From the IMG/VR virus record IMGVR_UViG_3300026522_000029: a stretch of DNA of 64,000 nucleotides; one strand, written 5' to 3'. Positions 1-10,601 of the stretch are shown here, in pieces (position 1 is the stretch's first letter; the number at the start of each line of letters is the position of its first letter). The position numbers were made by a program, and so were the translations under genes. The notes beneath the pieces were generated by a model. That model was not told the origin of the DNA and searched no databases. It saw only the letters and a program-made list of their open reading frames with translations. This DNA is from an uncultured virus (IMG/VR IMGVR_UViG_3300026522_000029). Its lineage: Duplodnaviria; Heunggongvirae; Uroviricota; Caudoviricetes.

Positions 1-56
1 GAGCTGATTATACTATTGTTGTTTTATTGACTGAAGGTTAAAGGGGGCGCGCCCAT

Positions 57-314
57 ATGGAAATAATTCTTAATAAAAAGGAAAAAAATAAAATTACTTA
101 TAATGATCTCAACTATGGAGATGTATTTCTTTCTTTTGATAGATTTTATCCTCGTTCTTCTCCATCTTCTCCATATCTCTATATGAAAATTGAAGATGGC
201 GGGGATGCTATTCTAAATCTTGAGAATGGAAGAGTATTCAATAATGTAAATGATTATCCTATTGACCAGGTTGTAGATAAACCTCTTGAAATAGAATATG
301 AAGAGCTAATGTAA
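57..314 (+). CDS. hypothetical protein
   Basis: 85-aa ORF, ATG...TAA, purine-rich upstream sequence. Confidence 0.7.
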   Translation: MEIILNKKEKNKITYNDLNYGDVFLSFDRFYPRSSPSSPYLYMKIEDGGDAILNLENGRVFNNVNDYPIDQVVDKPLEIEYEELM

Positions 315-400
315 TTGTACAAAAGGAGATAGATACAATCTATCTCCTTTTATTTTTTATAAAAATTATAATATAATATATCTATAAGATAAAGAAAGAG

Positions 401-616
401 GTGTTGTATATGTATATTACAGGTATTCAGGCTCTTGATCTTGAAATTATGGAAAGAGACGAACGGCTGGGGCGCATCTGTAAAAAAGCGAGAAGCCTCT
501 GGATGGAAGGCATCAACCCGCAAGATTATATTGATGAATTATTTGAAGAAGAAGAAATTGATCCAGATTCTCTTACAAGCGATGAACTAAGGAAAATCAA
601 CTCCGCCTGCTCGTAA
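401..616 (+). CDS. hypothetical acidic protein
   Basis: ORF after TATAAT and AGAGG RBS; start may be ATG 410. Confidence 0.65.
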   Translation: MLYMYITGIQALDLEIMERDERLGRICKKARSLWMEGINPQDYIDELFEEEEIDPDSLTSDELRKINSACS

Positions 617-699
617 TTTCATCGCTTTTCTCGTGTTCTCCGTAATTTCGGACGTTTATAAAGAAAAGTGTAAAAAGACTTAATTGGAGGGATTAGTCT

Positions 700-1191
700 A
701 TGACGATAGATGAGATTAGAACAGAGACGATACGACTTGGAAAGCTCTGTAATGTTGATATCACTTGTCCTATTGAGGTGAATGGCAGATTAAAGAGCAC
801 CCTCGGGCGCGTTCGTTATGAATGGATTAATCCATATGAAAAGACTATTGTTCCTAGTAAAATCGAATTCTCCAAACAGTATATTGAGACAGCAGCAGAT
901 GAAGATATCAAAAATACTGTCTCTCATGAGGCGGCCCACGCCATTATCGCTTATAAAACACATAAAAGACATGGGCACGATGCAATGTGGAAGGAACTAC
1001 ATAAGAAATTGGGCGGCGATGGTGAAAGATGTTCTACCACCCCAAGAGTTCGTGCTAAATACAGTGTTGTGTGTTCTAAGTGCGGCGCCATAGTTGATGA
1101 GTATTATCGGGCGGGGAAAGTCGTGAAACACCCGGACTGGTATTCTTCTAATTGTTGTGGAGCGCCCCTTAGAGTTTTTCAGAATTATTGA
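700..1191 (+). CDS. SprT-like zinc metalloprotease
   Basis: RLKSTLG, HEAAH (HExxH), HGHDAMWK, C-terminal CxxC; GGAGG RBS. Confidence 0.85.
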   Translation: MTIDEIRTETIRLGKLCNVDITCPIEVNGRLKSTLGRVRYEWINPYEKTIVPSKIEFSKQYIETAADEDIKNTVSHEAAHAIIAYKTHKRHGHDAMWKELHKKLGGDGERCSTTPRVRAKYSVVCSKCGAIVDEYYRAGKVVKHPDWYSSNCCGAPLRVFQNY

Positions 1192-1275
1192 TTTCTTTTG
1201 AATTTTATTATATAATATTTATAGAAAGAAAGAAAAAGAGATACTGCCGAGTCAGAGTAGTGAAAGGAGATAAGA

Positions 1276-1578
1276 ATGAATAGAACGATTGAAAAAGCGG
1301 TTAATGTCGTTGAAAAAGAATTTGATTCTCTTGGCTGGGTAAGTGATCGCACTCCTATTGTTAGAGGTGTGACTTCCATATACGAGAAATCAGATGAAAC
1401 TGATCCAGAAATGCTCGCTGCAGCTTATCTAGACTATGGCGACAATCCGCCCAAGGATTATAATATTTGGCGTAAATCTTACAATCACTGGTTTGGAATG
1501 ACTGAACAGAATGACCCTATTTGGGCAATAGAAGAGTCATATAATGATATCTTATGGAACGGAGAAATTAAAGTATGA
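1276..1578 (+). CDS. hypothetical protein
   Basis: 100-aa ORF with AAGGAG RBS. Confidence 0.75.
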   Translation: MNRTIEKAVNVVEKEFDSLGWVSDRTPIVRGVTSIYEKSDETDPEMLAAAYLDYGDNPPKDYNIWRKSYNHWFGMTEQNDPIWAIEESYNDILWNGEIKV

Positions 1579-1842
1579 GTGGATTATTTAGCTTTATGGG
1601 AATGCTTGTGAATACTCCAGAGTATTGTAGTTATCTCTATAATGATAATAGTAAAATGACTCTAACTGGGAAATGGGCATTATGGTACTTTTTGACAATG
1701 TTCGGACTCATCTTTTCGTTTGGGCGGATGGTTCTGTAATATATTAATAGGAAGGTCGAATTTACTATCGACCTTCCTTTATTTTTTTATAAATTTATTA
1801 TATAATATTATTAGAAAATGAACTGGGGAAGGAGTTTTAATA

Positions 1843-2517
1843 ATGTTAAATAGTAAATATAGCTTCCTTGAAGATATTATTAACAGTATGATTAATCTTG
1901 AGAATGCAGAAGAGGATAACTTCTCAAGCGAAGAGGCCATTAATAGTATCATTAATATTCCAGATGGATGGGCATATAATAATGGCGTCTCAAAATTAGT
2001 TTTAATTCCAGATGAATATAATTTTGTTGTCAAGATTCCCTTCTCTTGTACAGACTATGATGAAGATGACAATGAAGAATTTCAGGGGGCGTACTATATA
2101 GAATCTGGTGAATATGGTTGGGATTATTGTAGAGCAGAAGCAGAATTCTATGAAGCAGCAAAAGTGCATGGAGTAGAGAAATTCTTCGCCCCGACTATTT
2201 ACATTGGCGATATTAAGGGCTGGCCCATTTATATTCAGGATAAATGCCTAATTTTCGAAGAATCTAATTCACGATATTCACACTCACAAGAAGATAGATG
2301 TCGTTCGAGGGAAAAATTAGATAGTATGAAAATTGCTTCAGAGAGAGTTCCTATTGATTTTATTGTAGATATGTTTAAAGACTATCCAGATGAAGAAGTT
2401 GCGGGCGTTTTTAATTTTATTGATGAAGTAGGAATCGAAGATCTTCATGGAAGTAATTGTGGATATAATAAAGATGGACTTGTTGTGTTCACCGATTATT
2501 CTGGATATCACGATTGA
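1843..2517 (+). CDS. protein kinase-like fold protein
   Basis: GVSKLV, VVKIP, EAEFY, DLHGSN catalytic-loop-like and TDYSG motifs. Confidence 0.65.
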   Translation: MLNSKYSFLEDIINSMINLENAEEDNFSSEEAINSIINIPDGWAYNNGVSKLVLIPDEYNFVVKIPFSCTDYDEDDNEEFQGAYYIESGEYGWDYCRAEAEFYEAAKVHGVEKFFAPTIYIGDIKGWPIYIQDKCLIFEESNSRYSHSQEDRCRSREKLDSMKIASERVPIDFIVDMFKDYPDEEVAGVFNFIDEVGIEDLHGSNCGYNKDGLVVFTDYSGYHD

Positions 2518-2588
2518 TTCATTGACAAACTAGAAAAATTTTTATATAATATGTTTGTAAAATAAAGAAAGGAAGAAAGGAGTCAAAA

Positions 2589-2846
2589 ATGTCATATAAA
2601 GCATATTATGAATTTCGTGGGATAGTATGGGATGATATAGAACAGAAGGAAATAGTAGTAAGAGGAGTTGTTTATGCTGCCAATGAACCAAAGGCAATGA
2701 AGAAAATCTACGCAATGTATGGTAATAATATCATCGATATGACAATTGCTCGTACAGGTTTTGACTATATGGGCGACCCCGTTTATGAGTTTTCAAATGA
2801 AGATAGCTGTTTGTTCACAAAAGTGACAGCAGAGGATAAGACATGA
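2589..2846 (+). CDS. hypothetical protein
   Basis: ORF with AAGGAG RBS after promoter at 2522. Confidence 0.75.
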   Translation: MSYKAYYEFRGIVWDDIEQKEIVVRGVVYAANEPKAMKKIYAMYGNNIIDMTIARTGFDYMGDPVYEFSNEDSCLFTKVTAEDKT

Positions 2847-3031
2847 AAGACAGAGAAATATCTTGTGTATCGTATTTGTATGAAGGCAAATGTGCAAAAG
2901 GGCATAAAGGATTATTTAGAAAGACCTGCCAGACATGTCCAGATTATGTAGCAATGAGGGGCGGGCGCCCTGCTCGTAAGAATCTCAAGCGAGAGAAACT
3001 TGAAAAAATTAGAAACAGTGAAATATACTAA
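2843..3031 (+). CDS. small Cys-rich hypothetical protein
   Basis: ATGA overlap with previous gene; four Cys. Confidence 0.65.
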   Translation: MKDREISCVSYLYEGKCAKGHKGLFRKTCQTCPDYVAMRGGRPARKNLKREKLEKIRNSEIY

Positions 3032-3073
3032 AACTATATAATATTATTTAATAAGTTAAAAGGAGAAAAGATT

Positions 3074-3457
3074 ATGACTAGACGTGAGACTTTTGAAGCA
3101 TTGAAGGCAATTCCGGAGAATGCAGATTATGTAGAGTTCCTTGATGCAGAGATTGCATCTATTGATCGTAAGGCAGCTAAGGCAAAAGAGTATAAAGCAA
3201 AGAAGGATGTTGCTTCTGCTGAGAATAAGGAAATCATCTTCGCAGCAATTACTGATACTCCGCAGACTGTGAATGAAATCACAGAAGCTGTTGCAGATAA
3301 GATCGAAGATGTTACTCGTAATAAGGTTATTCCAAAGTTGACTTCTCTGGTTAAGGAAGGCCGCATCGAGAAGAGTGAGAAGCGTATTGATGGTAAGTCT
3401 GTAAAGGTCTATGCGCTTCCTGGCACATTCGATGAAGATAACGCCGATGCTGAGTGA
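3074..3457 (+). CDS. putative DNA-binding protein (winged-helix-like C-terminus)
   Basis: RBS; TVNEITE...KLTSLVKEGRIEK pattern; followed by hairpin at 3466-3491. Confidence 0.6.
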   Translation: MTRRETFEALKAIPENADYVEFLDAEIASIDRKAAKAKEYKAKKDVASAENKEIIFAAITDTPQTVNEITEAVADKIEDVTRNKVIPKLTSLVKEGRIEKSEKRIDGKSVKVYALPGTFDEDNADAE

Positions 3458-3517
3458 TACTATAGATAGAGAGGACGCAAGCCCTCTCTATTTTTAATAT
3501 GAGAAAGAGGTTTAAAA

Positions 3518-4456
3518 ATGGCTTTTTGTTTGAATTATAATAGACATAATCCTTATATGAATTAGGTTGATGAAATTGTTATTAAATTTCATAAATCGAC
3601 AACTCTACTTGATTTCCTAAAAGAACATAAAGATCAAAGAATAATTATTTCAATAGAAGATGGTAAAGCCTTCATTGAAGAGGGCGGGATCAATTATTTT
3701 AAGTTAATAAAACAGATGTGCGACAACTGGGTATTACGATTCCCAAGTATGTTTGATGAAAAGACGATTACTCTAGATCAATGTCACGATGTAGCTGGCG
3801 CCGCCCTTCCTTTTTTCTTTAATGATTATATTGATAAATGGGATGTCATGTATGGTTATTTTGCTCTTGGCGTATCAGATATTTACATAACTAATGAATT
3901 GGGTTTTGAATTAGATAAGATTTCTAAAATAGCAAAAGGAAAGAATGTTAAAATTAGAGTCCTGCCAAATGTAGCACAGTCTTCTTGGTTTGATACAGAT
4001 GATCTAAGGAAGTTTTTTATTCGTCCAGAAGATATAGAAAATTATCTCCCGTATGTAGATGTATTTGAATTTTATGAAACTGATCCATCTAAGCCGCAAG
4101 TAGGTTCAATTCTCTATAAAGCTTATGCAAAAGATAAAAGATGGTATGGCAAATTAAATGAAATCATTGATAATTTTTCGGGCGAGCTTGATGGAAGATT
4201 CACACATCCGCATTGGGTTGATAGAAGAATCAGCTGCGCCAAGAGATGTTTGAAGGGTAGGCATTGCAGAGCTTGTCTTACTATTGGGAGCTTCGCAGAT
4301 ACGCTCGAAAAAGCTGGTATTACTATTGAAAAACCAGAAGAAAAAACAGAAGTATCAAAAAAAGAATTAGAAGAGAACATCAGAAAATATTACGGCGCGG
4401 ATGTAGAAAATCATATTAATCTTGATGATATTCTTACCTCTATTGAAAAACAATAA
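3518..4456 (+). CDS. hypothetical protein with C-terminal Cys cluster (one in-frame TAG)
   Basis: AGAGG RBS and ATG 3518; TAG 3563 in frame with track ORF 3716..4456. Confidence 0.75.
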
Positions 4457-4498
4457 AAAATAAGTTATAATATTATTAGAAAGTGAGGAAACAATATT

Positions 4499-4735
4499 AT
4501 GATTTATATTGAATATTGTCTTTCTGATGGAATTGATAAGAATACAGAGATTTATTATGCAGAATATCCAGATAATACACACAGTAATAAATTTAAATCT
4601 GCATTAGACTGGATGACGAATCATTTTTATGCTAAGCATTGTATTAACACAGATAAAGATGATGATTACTTTTGGAAATGTAAAAATAACTCTTACTATT
4701 GCAGAGTAACAAAAGAAATGGCGGAGGCAAACTAA
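4499..4735 (+). CDS. hypothetical protein
   Basis: ORF with GAGG RBS. Confidence 0.65.
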   Translation: MIYIEYCLSDGIDKNTEIYYAEYPDNTHSNKFKSALDWMTNHFYAKHCINTDKDDDYFWKCKNNSYYCRVTKEMAEAN

Positions 4736-5046
4736 TGGCGGCAAAAGGCACAGAAGAAAAGAAGAAGATTTTTGAGAAGATTATGGAAGTATTTCCAGGA
4801 TCATTTTATGAAGAGCAGGATAAGAAGCTCAGAATTCCAATGAAGACAGCGGACAATGAAGAAATTCAGATTCGTTTGCAGCTTACAACTTGTAAGGATC
4901 TATTGAGTGCGAACCCGGCGCCATCCAATGATGCTTCGACTTCAATGGAAGAATACATGAATCCGCCAGAGGATAGTAGTGAATGGGAAATGACTCCCAC
5001 AGAAAGAAAGCAAGTAGCTAATGTTCTTAGTAAACTGGGGATCTAA
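4735..5046 (+). CDS. hypothetical protein
   Basis: TAATG coupling, GGAGG RBS before ATG 4735. Confidence 0.7.
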   Translation: MAAKGTEEKKKIFEKIMEVFPGSFYEEQDKKLRIPMKTADNEEIQIRLQLTTCKDLLSANPAPSNDASTSMEEYMNPPEDSSEWEMTPTERKQVANVLSKLGI

Positions 5047-5049
5047 TTA

Positions 5050-5355
5050 ATGGCGAAATTGTATAAACTTAGCGATTTTCAAACAGATAGCGGTAGTTGG
5101 TATGCTATCTGTGCAGATCAGATTGGTAAAATAGGGAATGCTTGGTACTTTCCAGCAAGAGTATTAGGTATATCAATTTCTGATTTCATTCTTCTATTAA
5201 AAGAAAAATATAATGCAAATTTAATAGAGTGGACAGAATATGATAATTCCTCTAAGCCTCCCTTTTTATATTATAACTGGACATCATATAAAGATGTTCA
5301 TAAATTCGTCCTTGACGTAAATAGAGAGGCAAGAATGAAAAATTTTCTCATCTAA
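5050..5355 (+). CDS. hypothetical protein
   Basis: 101-aa ORF contiguous in operon. Confidence 0.7.
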   Translation: MAKLYKLSDFQTDSGSWYAICADQIGKIGNAWYFPARVLGISISDFILLLKEKYNANLIEWTEYDNSSKPPFLYYNWTSYKDVHKFVLDVNREARMKNFLI

Positions 5356-5418
5356 GCGGGGGTCGGTTAGCGGTGGTGCAGCTGACCTCTGCTAACTATT
5401 TTAAAGGAGGATTTTGTT

Positions 5419-5841
5419 ATGAGTAGATCATATAAAAAGAATCCAGTTTTGAAAGACGGTTCTAGGGGGAGACGCAAATCTGGAAAGACCAGTATGAAGA
5501 CTATTGCCAATAGAAAAATCAGACGTAAACCCATCGAAGAGTTGCCAATAAGAGAAAAAGGAGCTTACCGAAAAGCTTATGAGAGTTGGGATATTTCTGA
5601 TTGGTCTTTTAGACAGTCAAAAGAAGAAGCAACAGAACGGTATGAGAGATACCAAAAAGAAGCTGAGGGCGGCCCCAGGTATGAGGAACGAACTTTCTAC
5701 AATTATATTCCGGAAACAGACGAATTTGAGAAACATATTTATACCACACTTACTAATAGCTATGCAATTAAAATGATAACTGAATTTCCCACTCTTGAAG
5801 ATTATTTAATTGATTGGTATAAATCTTACAAAAGAAAATGA
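5419..5841 (+). CDS. basic hypothetical protein
   Basis: AGGAGG RBS; MSRSYKK...YESWDISD. Confidence 0.75.
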   Translation: MSRSYKKNPVLKDGSRGRRKSGKTSMKTIANRKIRRKPIEELPIREKGAYRKAYESWDISDWSFRQSKEEATERYERYQKEAEGGPRYEERTFYNYIPETDEFEKHIYTTLTNSYAIKMITEFPTLEDYLIDWYKSYKRK

Positions 5842-5860
5842 TAATATAAAGGAGTTTTTT

Positions 5861-6652
5861 ATGAAGAATCAAATTGTAGCTTTAGCAGCAGTGACAGCGT
5901 GTCTACTTTCACCTATCGCGGTTTCAGCGGACACGACGATTTTTGAAAAGAAGGGCGTTTGTAATTACGCAACAGAAGCAGTTTCTACAGTTGAAGGGGA
6001 CAATACTTTAGCAGTAGTAGATGATAATAGTAACGATGTTTTATTTGGTTACTCATTAATTGATGATACTTATCATATAGTCGCTAATAGTGGATTATAT
6101 GTAAGAGAAGCGCCATCTGTCGAATCTAAATCCATTGTTTGCTTACCTTATGGGAGTAACATTACAGTCAAGGGCATCTCAGATGATGTCGATTGGGCTG
6201 TCGTTGAGTATAATGGTACAGATGCTTTTGTTGCGAAAGAGTATATTGAAGAAGGGGCGGCGCCGGAGGTTGTTGCGACACCAAGTCAGTCGGTTGATTC
6301 TACTTCGATTCAGGCCGCGCCAGTTACATCCTCATATAGTGGTAGCCAGTTAACGGCATATGCCGGGGTGAATTATGGACCTTCTGGAAAAGAGACATAC
6401 TACAATCTACCCATGGATGGAATAATCTCTATGATGGGCCAGTACGGATATGGTGCAGCTGACTATGCAGTAAGAGCAGATGGAGTAAAAACTTTAGGTG
6501 GTTATGTGATGGTTGCTGCAGATCTTAATCAGCATCCTAGAGGGAGTTTAGTAGAGACTTCTCTTGGAACTGGGCTAGTTTGTGATACTGGCGGATTTGT
6601 TTATAATGGGTCTGGTGTATCGCTGGATATTGCGACAAACTGGCCTGGTTAA
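5861..6652 (+). CDS. secreted SH3b-domain cell-wall protein
   Basis: Signal peptide, SH3b (LYVREAPS...WAVVEY...FVAKEY), C-terminal AAD...PRGSLVETSLG.G.VCDTG domain. Confidence 0.75.
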   Translation: MKNQIVALAAVTACLLSPIAVSADTTIFEKKGVCNYATEAVSTVEGDNTLAVVDDNSNDVLFGYSLIDDTYHIVANSGLYVREAPSVESKSIVCLPYGSNITVKGISDDVDWAVVEYNGTDAFVAKEYIEEGAAPEVVATPSQSVDSTSIQAAPVTSSYSGSQLTAYAGVNYGPSGKETYYNLPMDGIISMMGQYGYGAADYAVRADGVKTLGGYVMVAADLNQHPRGSLVETSLGTGLVCDTGGFVYNGSGVSLDIATNWPG

Positions 6653-6727
6653 AGGTATCACCACATTGAAATCTTAAAAAATTTTGTGTATAATATATTT
6701 ACAAAATAAAGAAAGGGGAAACAAATT

Positions 6728-6913
6728 ATGGAAAATGCAGTATATGAGGTTATCTATAAAGATGATTGGAATAAGAAGCATCTTCACTATTGTGTTGACA
6801 GAAAGGATGTTGATGCAATCAAGAGAACTTTTGAAGTTCTATCTGTTTCTCCTTCCTGTCGATCATTTGAAAATATGATGCAGGCAGAGACAAGGCTGGC
6901 CTCTTCGCTCTAA
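6728..6913 (+). CDS. hypothetical protein
   Basis: ORF after promoter at 6666. Confidence 0.6.
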   Translation: MENAVYEVIYKDDWNKKHLHYCVDRKDVDAIKRTFEVLSVSPSCRSFENMMQAETRLASSL

Positions 6914-6921
6914 AATGAGTT

Positions 6922-6980
6922 GCCGTCATAGCGCAATAAGTGGCGCTCTCGCTCGAAATGATTCAATTCCAACTGACGGC
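6922..6980 (+). pseudogene. degenerate tRNA-like remnant
   Basis: GCCGTCA/TGACGGC acceptor stem, D-arm-like GCGC, TTCAATT loop; no anticodon arm. Confidence 0.35.
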
Positions 6981-7042
6981 CTCTCAACATCATAAGAATC
7001 TTTTCTTTCGTATCTAGTTCGCCAATTGGCGAACTAGTATCT

Positions 7043-7116
7043 GGCTCCTTCTTCTAACTGGTCTAGGAAGCTGGATTTTCAATCCAGCAATGCGGTTTCG
7101 AGCACCGCAGGAGCTA
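7043..7116 (+). tRNA. tRNA-Glu(TTC)
   Basis: Cloverleaf; anticodon arm CTGGA-TT TTC AA-TCCAG. Confidence 0.9.
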
Positions 7117-7464
7117 TTTATCAACAAAGCAATTACCTATCATGCAACGAAACCGTCCAGACGTTGCGCACGTGATATGCTAGCATCAGGTGGACCCAGG
7201 AGTAGAAGATGGGCGTCCTACATAGGAAAATATTTGTTGATATAATTATTGTGGGAGCGATAGCCACATTAAAAAGAGTCGCCTAATATCTCTCTGCGGG
7301 AGCGATGCGCGCCTGTCTTCCGCTTAATAAATATATTTAAGAGATAAAAGGAGATGTGGATTTAGACTAATATCTAGATCCACTAGTGGGGAGAATAGAG
7401 TTTCATGCGGGGGCAGTACCTGCACTCTCCGTTCTATTTATTAATTTAAATGAGGTATAAAACT

Positions 7465-7803
7465 ATGACGTTTCCATTTACAACTGTTATTGCTATTCTT
7501 GCTATTGGGTCGGTACTAAATATTCTTCTGACTCAGGCTATAAAAACTACATATAGAAATGCAGGTAAATAGGCGCCGCCGAACGTGATTGCTTTTATTG
7601 ATGCTATTGTATGCGGCGGGGGTGTAACAGCAGTTTTTTATGTGTTAATGGGAATACCATGGACTGTCAATAATATCATCATGCTAGTGTGTTTGATCTT
7701 TTTTAACTGGCTTGGTGCTACTTTAGGCTACGACAAGGTAATACAGACGCTAGAGCAGATAGGGAAGATATCTAGCACTATCACAACAGATGACAAGAAA
7801 TGA
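7465..7803 (+). CDS. holin-like membrane protein (one in-frame TAG)
   Basis: GAGG RBS, ATG 7465, TAG 7570 in frame; three hydrophobic segments, GYDKVIQ end. Confidence 0.65.
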
Positions 7804-7995
7804 TATTGATTTTTAAAAAATTTTTTGATATAATATTTATGCAAAAGATAAGAGATAGGAAATAAAAAGTAAGAAAGTTTCTCTACATAAGTCAGTATAT
7901 CCTGATCATTGTGTTATTGCATGATAGATCATTAGATATAAAGTTAGTCATCTTAATCTAACCTCACAACCTATTGCAGTATGCGTGAAAAATAT

Positions 7996-8068
7996 GCTAG
8001 TGTGACGCAACGGTTAGCGTAACAGTTTTGTAAACTGTAAGTTGAAGGTTCGAATCCTTTCACTAGCT
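7996..8068 (+). tRNA. tRNA-Thr(TGT)
   Basis: ACAGT-TT TGT AA-ACTGT; GGTTCGAATCC. Confidence 0.92.
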
Positions 8069-8195
8069 TTATCTAGCGTAAATTGGATACTTACTTTTAA
8101 AGAGGGACAGCAGATTCAATCCCCTATTACGGAATAGACACCACCTAGGGGAACTCTAGAGTATATAACACTGCTCAGGTTATACTGGCAATTAT

Positions 8196-8282
8196 GCTCC
8201 GCTGGTGAAATTTTTCGGAAAACACGTGGTATTTAAGCTACCATACCCTGAGGGTTTAAGGGTTCGAGTCCCTTGCGGAGTA
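8196..8282 (+). tRNA. tRNA-Leu(TAA)
   Basis: TGGTA-TT TAA GC-TACCA; long variable arm. Confidence 0.9.
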
Positions 8283-8384
8283 CGATGAAGAGGATAGGTT
8301 AAAGTAGCTCTTTAGCTGATAAGATTATCTCACTCAATCTTCCTCTTTTCATTTTAATATGAGAGTGAGAGAAAGAGTGAGCGT

Positions 8385-9290
8385 ATGAAAATTGATGGAT
8401 TAAAAGGTTATATTTATAAAATTTAGAATATTAAAACTGGTGAATGTTATATAGGAAAAACGACATATTTGCATCCAGAAGTACGGTGGCATCAACATAT
8501 TGCTAATGCTAAAAAAGGTATGTGTAAAAAGGGGTTATATCCAGCTGTACGAAAATATGGAGTAGATATTTTTAAATTTACTGTGCTAGTACCAGTATAT
8601 GGACCTAACTCTTTAGAGTTAACTGAAAAAGAATATATCAAAAAATATGATAGTTATTATCATGGATATAATCAAAGTAAAGGTGGAGAAGGATGTCACT
8701 ATTCTAAGATAGATGATTCTAATTTAATATTCTTATGTTCTTTATATAATTCTGGCAAAACTATTGCTGAAATAGCTAAAGAAACAGGTTTTGACAAAAA
8801 ATTTATTTCTACTTTTTTAAAAAAGCAAGGTATCACTATTAAAACTCCAAAAGAAATTGCCATTCATAGAACTGGTAAGAAAGTTGCTATTTATAATGAA
8901 AAACATGAGTTGTTAGCTATTTACCCATCTTTAGGTGAAGCGGCAAGGCATTTTGAATATAAAAAAGCAACTGCCTCTCATATATCAGAAGCTTGCTATG
9001 GAGAAAGAAGAAAATCTATTAATGGATATTTTTGTAAATTCACCGACAGGGATTGTTATAATGAAGATTTTATAATTCCAGAAAATCCATATCATACTAC
9101 AGACGTAACAAAGAAAGCAGTTATTATGTGTGATAAAAATGGAATAGAAATAATGCGTTTTCCAAGTGGGTGCGCAGCAGGAAGATATTTTAAAATGGAT
9201 AAACCAAGTCAAGCTACAACGTGCATTAAACGAGCATGGGAAAGAAATGGCACTTGGCGTGGTTATAAATGGAAATATGTAGAAAATTAA
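8385..9290 (+). CDS. GIY-YIG homing endonuclease with NUMOD-like repeats (one in-frame TAG)
   Basis: GYIYKI*NIKTGECYIGKT: the GIY-YIG motif spans TAG 8424; GYNQSKGG; repeated xxYPSLGEAA motif. Confidence 0.88.
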
Positions 9291-9360
9291 TTTAGAAATA
9301 CTAGTATAAAGTAGCAATCTTAATTAGGAACTTGTTCAATATACTTAGTATATATATCTA

Positions 9361-9696
9361 GGGGTAGAAATAGGTTCGACAGGCACCCCAGAGTTAAAAG
9401 TAGCACGCAGGTGATTCCTTTATAATCAACTTAAAATTAAACGCTAACTATAATAACGTTGCACTTGCTGCCTGAATTGGCGGCGGCTTCTTAAAGAAAT
9501 ACTTCGGTCTTTAAGCGGTCTTATCTAGAAGTTGCGTATGGGTTGAGTAGCGCCGCCCTACAAAGATAAGCTAAAGCGGCTTTAGATGGTTCGTCTATTG
9601 TTCACATCTATTGCGTTCATGAGATACAGTAGACTAAGCGTGTAGATTCCTCTGATCGGAAATGTTTGGACGGGAGTTCGACTCTCCCCAGATCCA
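9361..9696 (+). ncRNA. ssrA: tmRNA, tag peptide ANYNNVALAA* (9443-9475)
   Basis: GGGG...GGTTCGAC 5' end, ALAA-TGA tag, GACTAAGCGTGTAG, 3' GGACGGGAGTTCGACTCTCCC T-arm. Confidence 0.92.
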
Positions 9697-9700
9697 TTTT

Positions 9701-9773
9701 GCTCCATTAGGCCAACAGTAGAGTCAATCGCCTCAAAAGCGATATAGTGATTGTGCAAATCAATCATGGAGCA
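9701..9773 (+). tRNA. tRNA-Leu(CAA), short variable loop
   Basis: ATCGC-CT CAA AA-GCGAT; perfect acceptor stem; T-loop TGCAAAT. Confidence 0.82.
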
Positions 9774-9831
9774 TTGCATTTTCAATAAATTTATTATATA
9801 ATATATACATAAAGAGTTGAGAAAGAAATAT

Positions 9832-9903
9832 GAGTCGTTGGTGTAATGGTAACATATGCGCCTCCAAAGCGTTAAGATCAGGGTCCAAATCCTTGGCGGC
9901 CTG
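9832..9903 (+). tRNA. tRNA-Trp(CCA)
   Basis: CT CCA AA loop; weak acceptor stem. Confidence 0.75.
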
Positions 9904-10011
9904 GAGCAGAAACTGGCATGGCTGACGAAAATGTATAAAGCACCGTTACATCAAATGCGGCGTTTGTGTCAGTATAAAGGAATGGTATAAAGCAGGGAAA
10001 CCATTCTATTT

Positions 10012-10098
10012 GGGTCATTAGACTACTAAAGTAGGTAGGCGAGTCTGTAAAACTCGTGTATTTATTTACCTGAGCGGGTGCAATTCCTCCACGACCCA
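10012..10098 (+). tRNA. tRNA-Tyr(GTA)
   Basis: CGAGT-CT GTA AA-ACTCG; long variable region. Confidence 0.82.
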
Positions 10099-10103
10099 TA
10101 TAT

Positions 10104-10179
10104 TGCAGAGTAGACTGGAGTTTGGTACCAGCTCTGGCTCATAACCAGATCTACGCGAGTTCAAATCTCGCCTCTGCAA
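10104..10179 (+). tRNA. tRNA-Met(CAT)
   Basis: TCTGG-CT CAT AA-CCAGA; TGCAGAG/CTCTGCA acceptor stem. Confidence 0.88.
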
Positions 10180-10280
10180 AGAATGAGAGAAAGAAGATAG
10201 ATTAAGGTCGCTCCTTAGTTGATAAGTTTACTCCATTTAACTTCTTCTTTTTCTTTTTATTTATAATAAAATGGAAAGAT

Positions 10281-10340
10281 ATGGCTTTTATTTATAAAAT
10301 TATTAATGATATAAATGGAAATTTATTTGATTTTTTATAA
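10281..10340 (+). pseudogene. truncated GIY-YIG endonuclease N-terminus
   Basis: MAFIYKIINDING, then interrupted by promoter 10327; same leader as the 8385 gene. Confidence 0.6.
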
Positions 10341-10601
10341 ATATTTTGATATAATATTTATATAAGATAAAGAGCAAAGAATATGGCTTGTAGAGGTTCA
10401 AATCCTTATTGTTCTTCTTCTAGCGTAGTAATACCTGAATTGACAGGTTATATCCGAGCGGTGCTACTTATGTAGTGCTAGCGATTGACTCCGGGAGAGC
10501 GGTAGCGCTGAGGATGACTTACTCCGACAGGACTAATAAAGTAAGTCGAACAACGGAATGGTTTGGTTGTAGATGCCAATGTAACTAAACCATTCTAGTA
10601 T

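Noticed and set aside
10505..10555. Hammerhead-like CTGAGGA-stem-GAAC
   Set aside because: GAAC instead of GAAA and no convincing stems I/III
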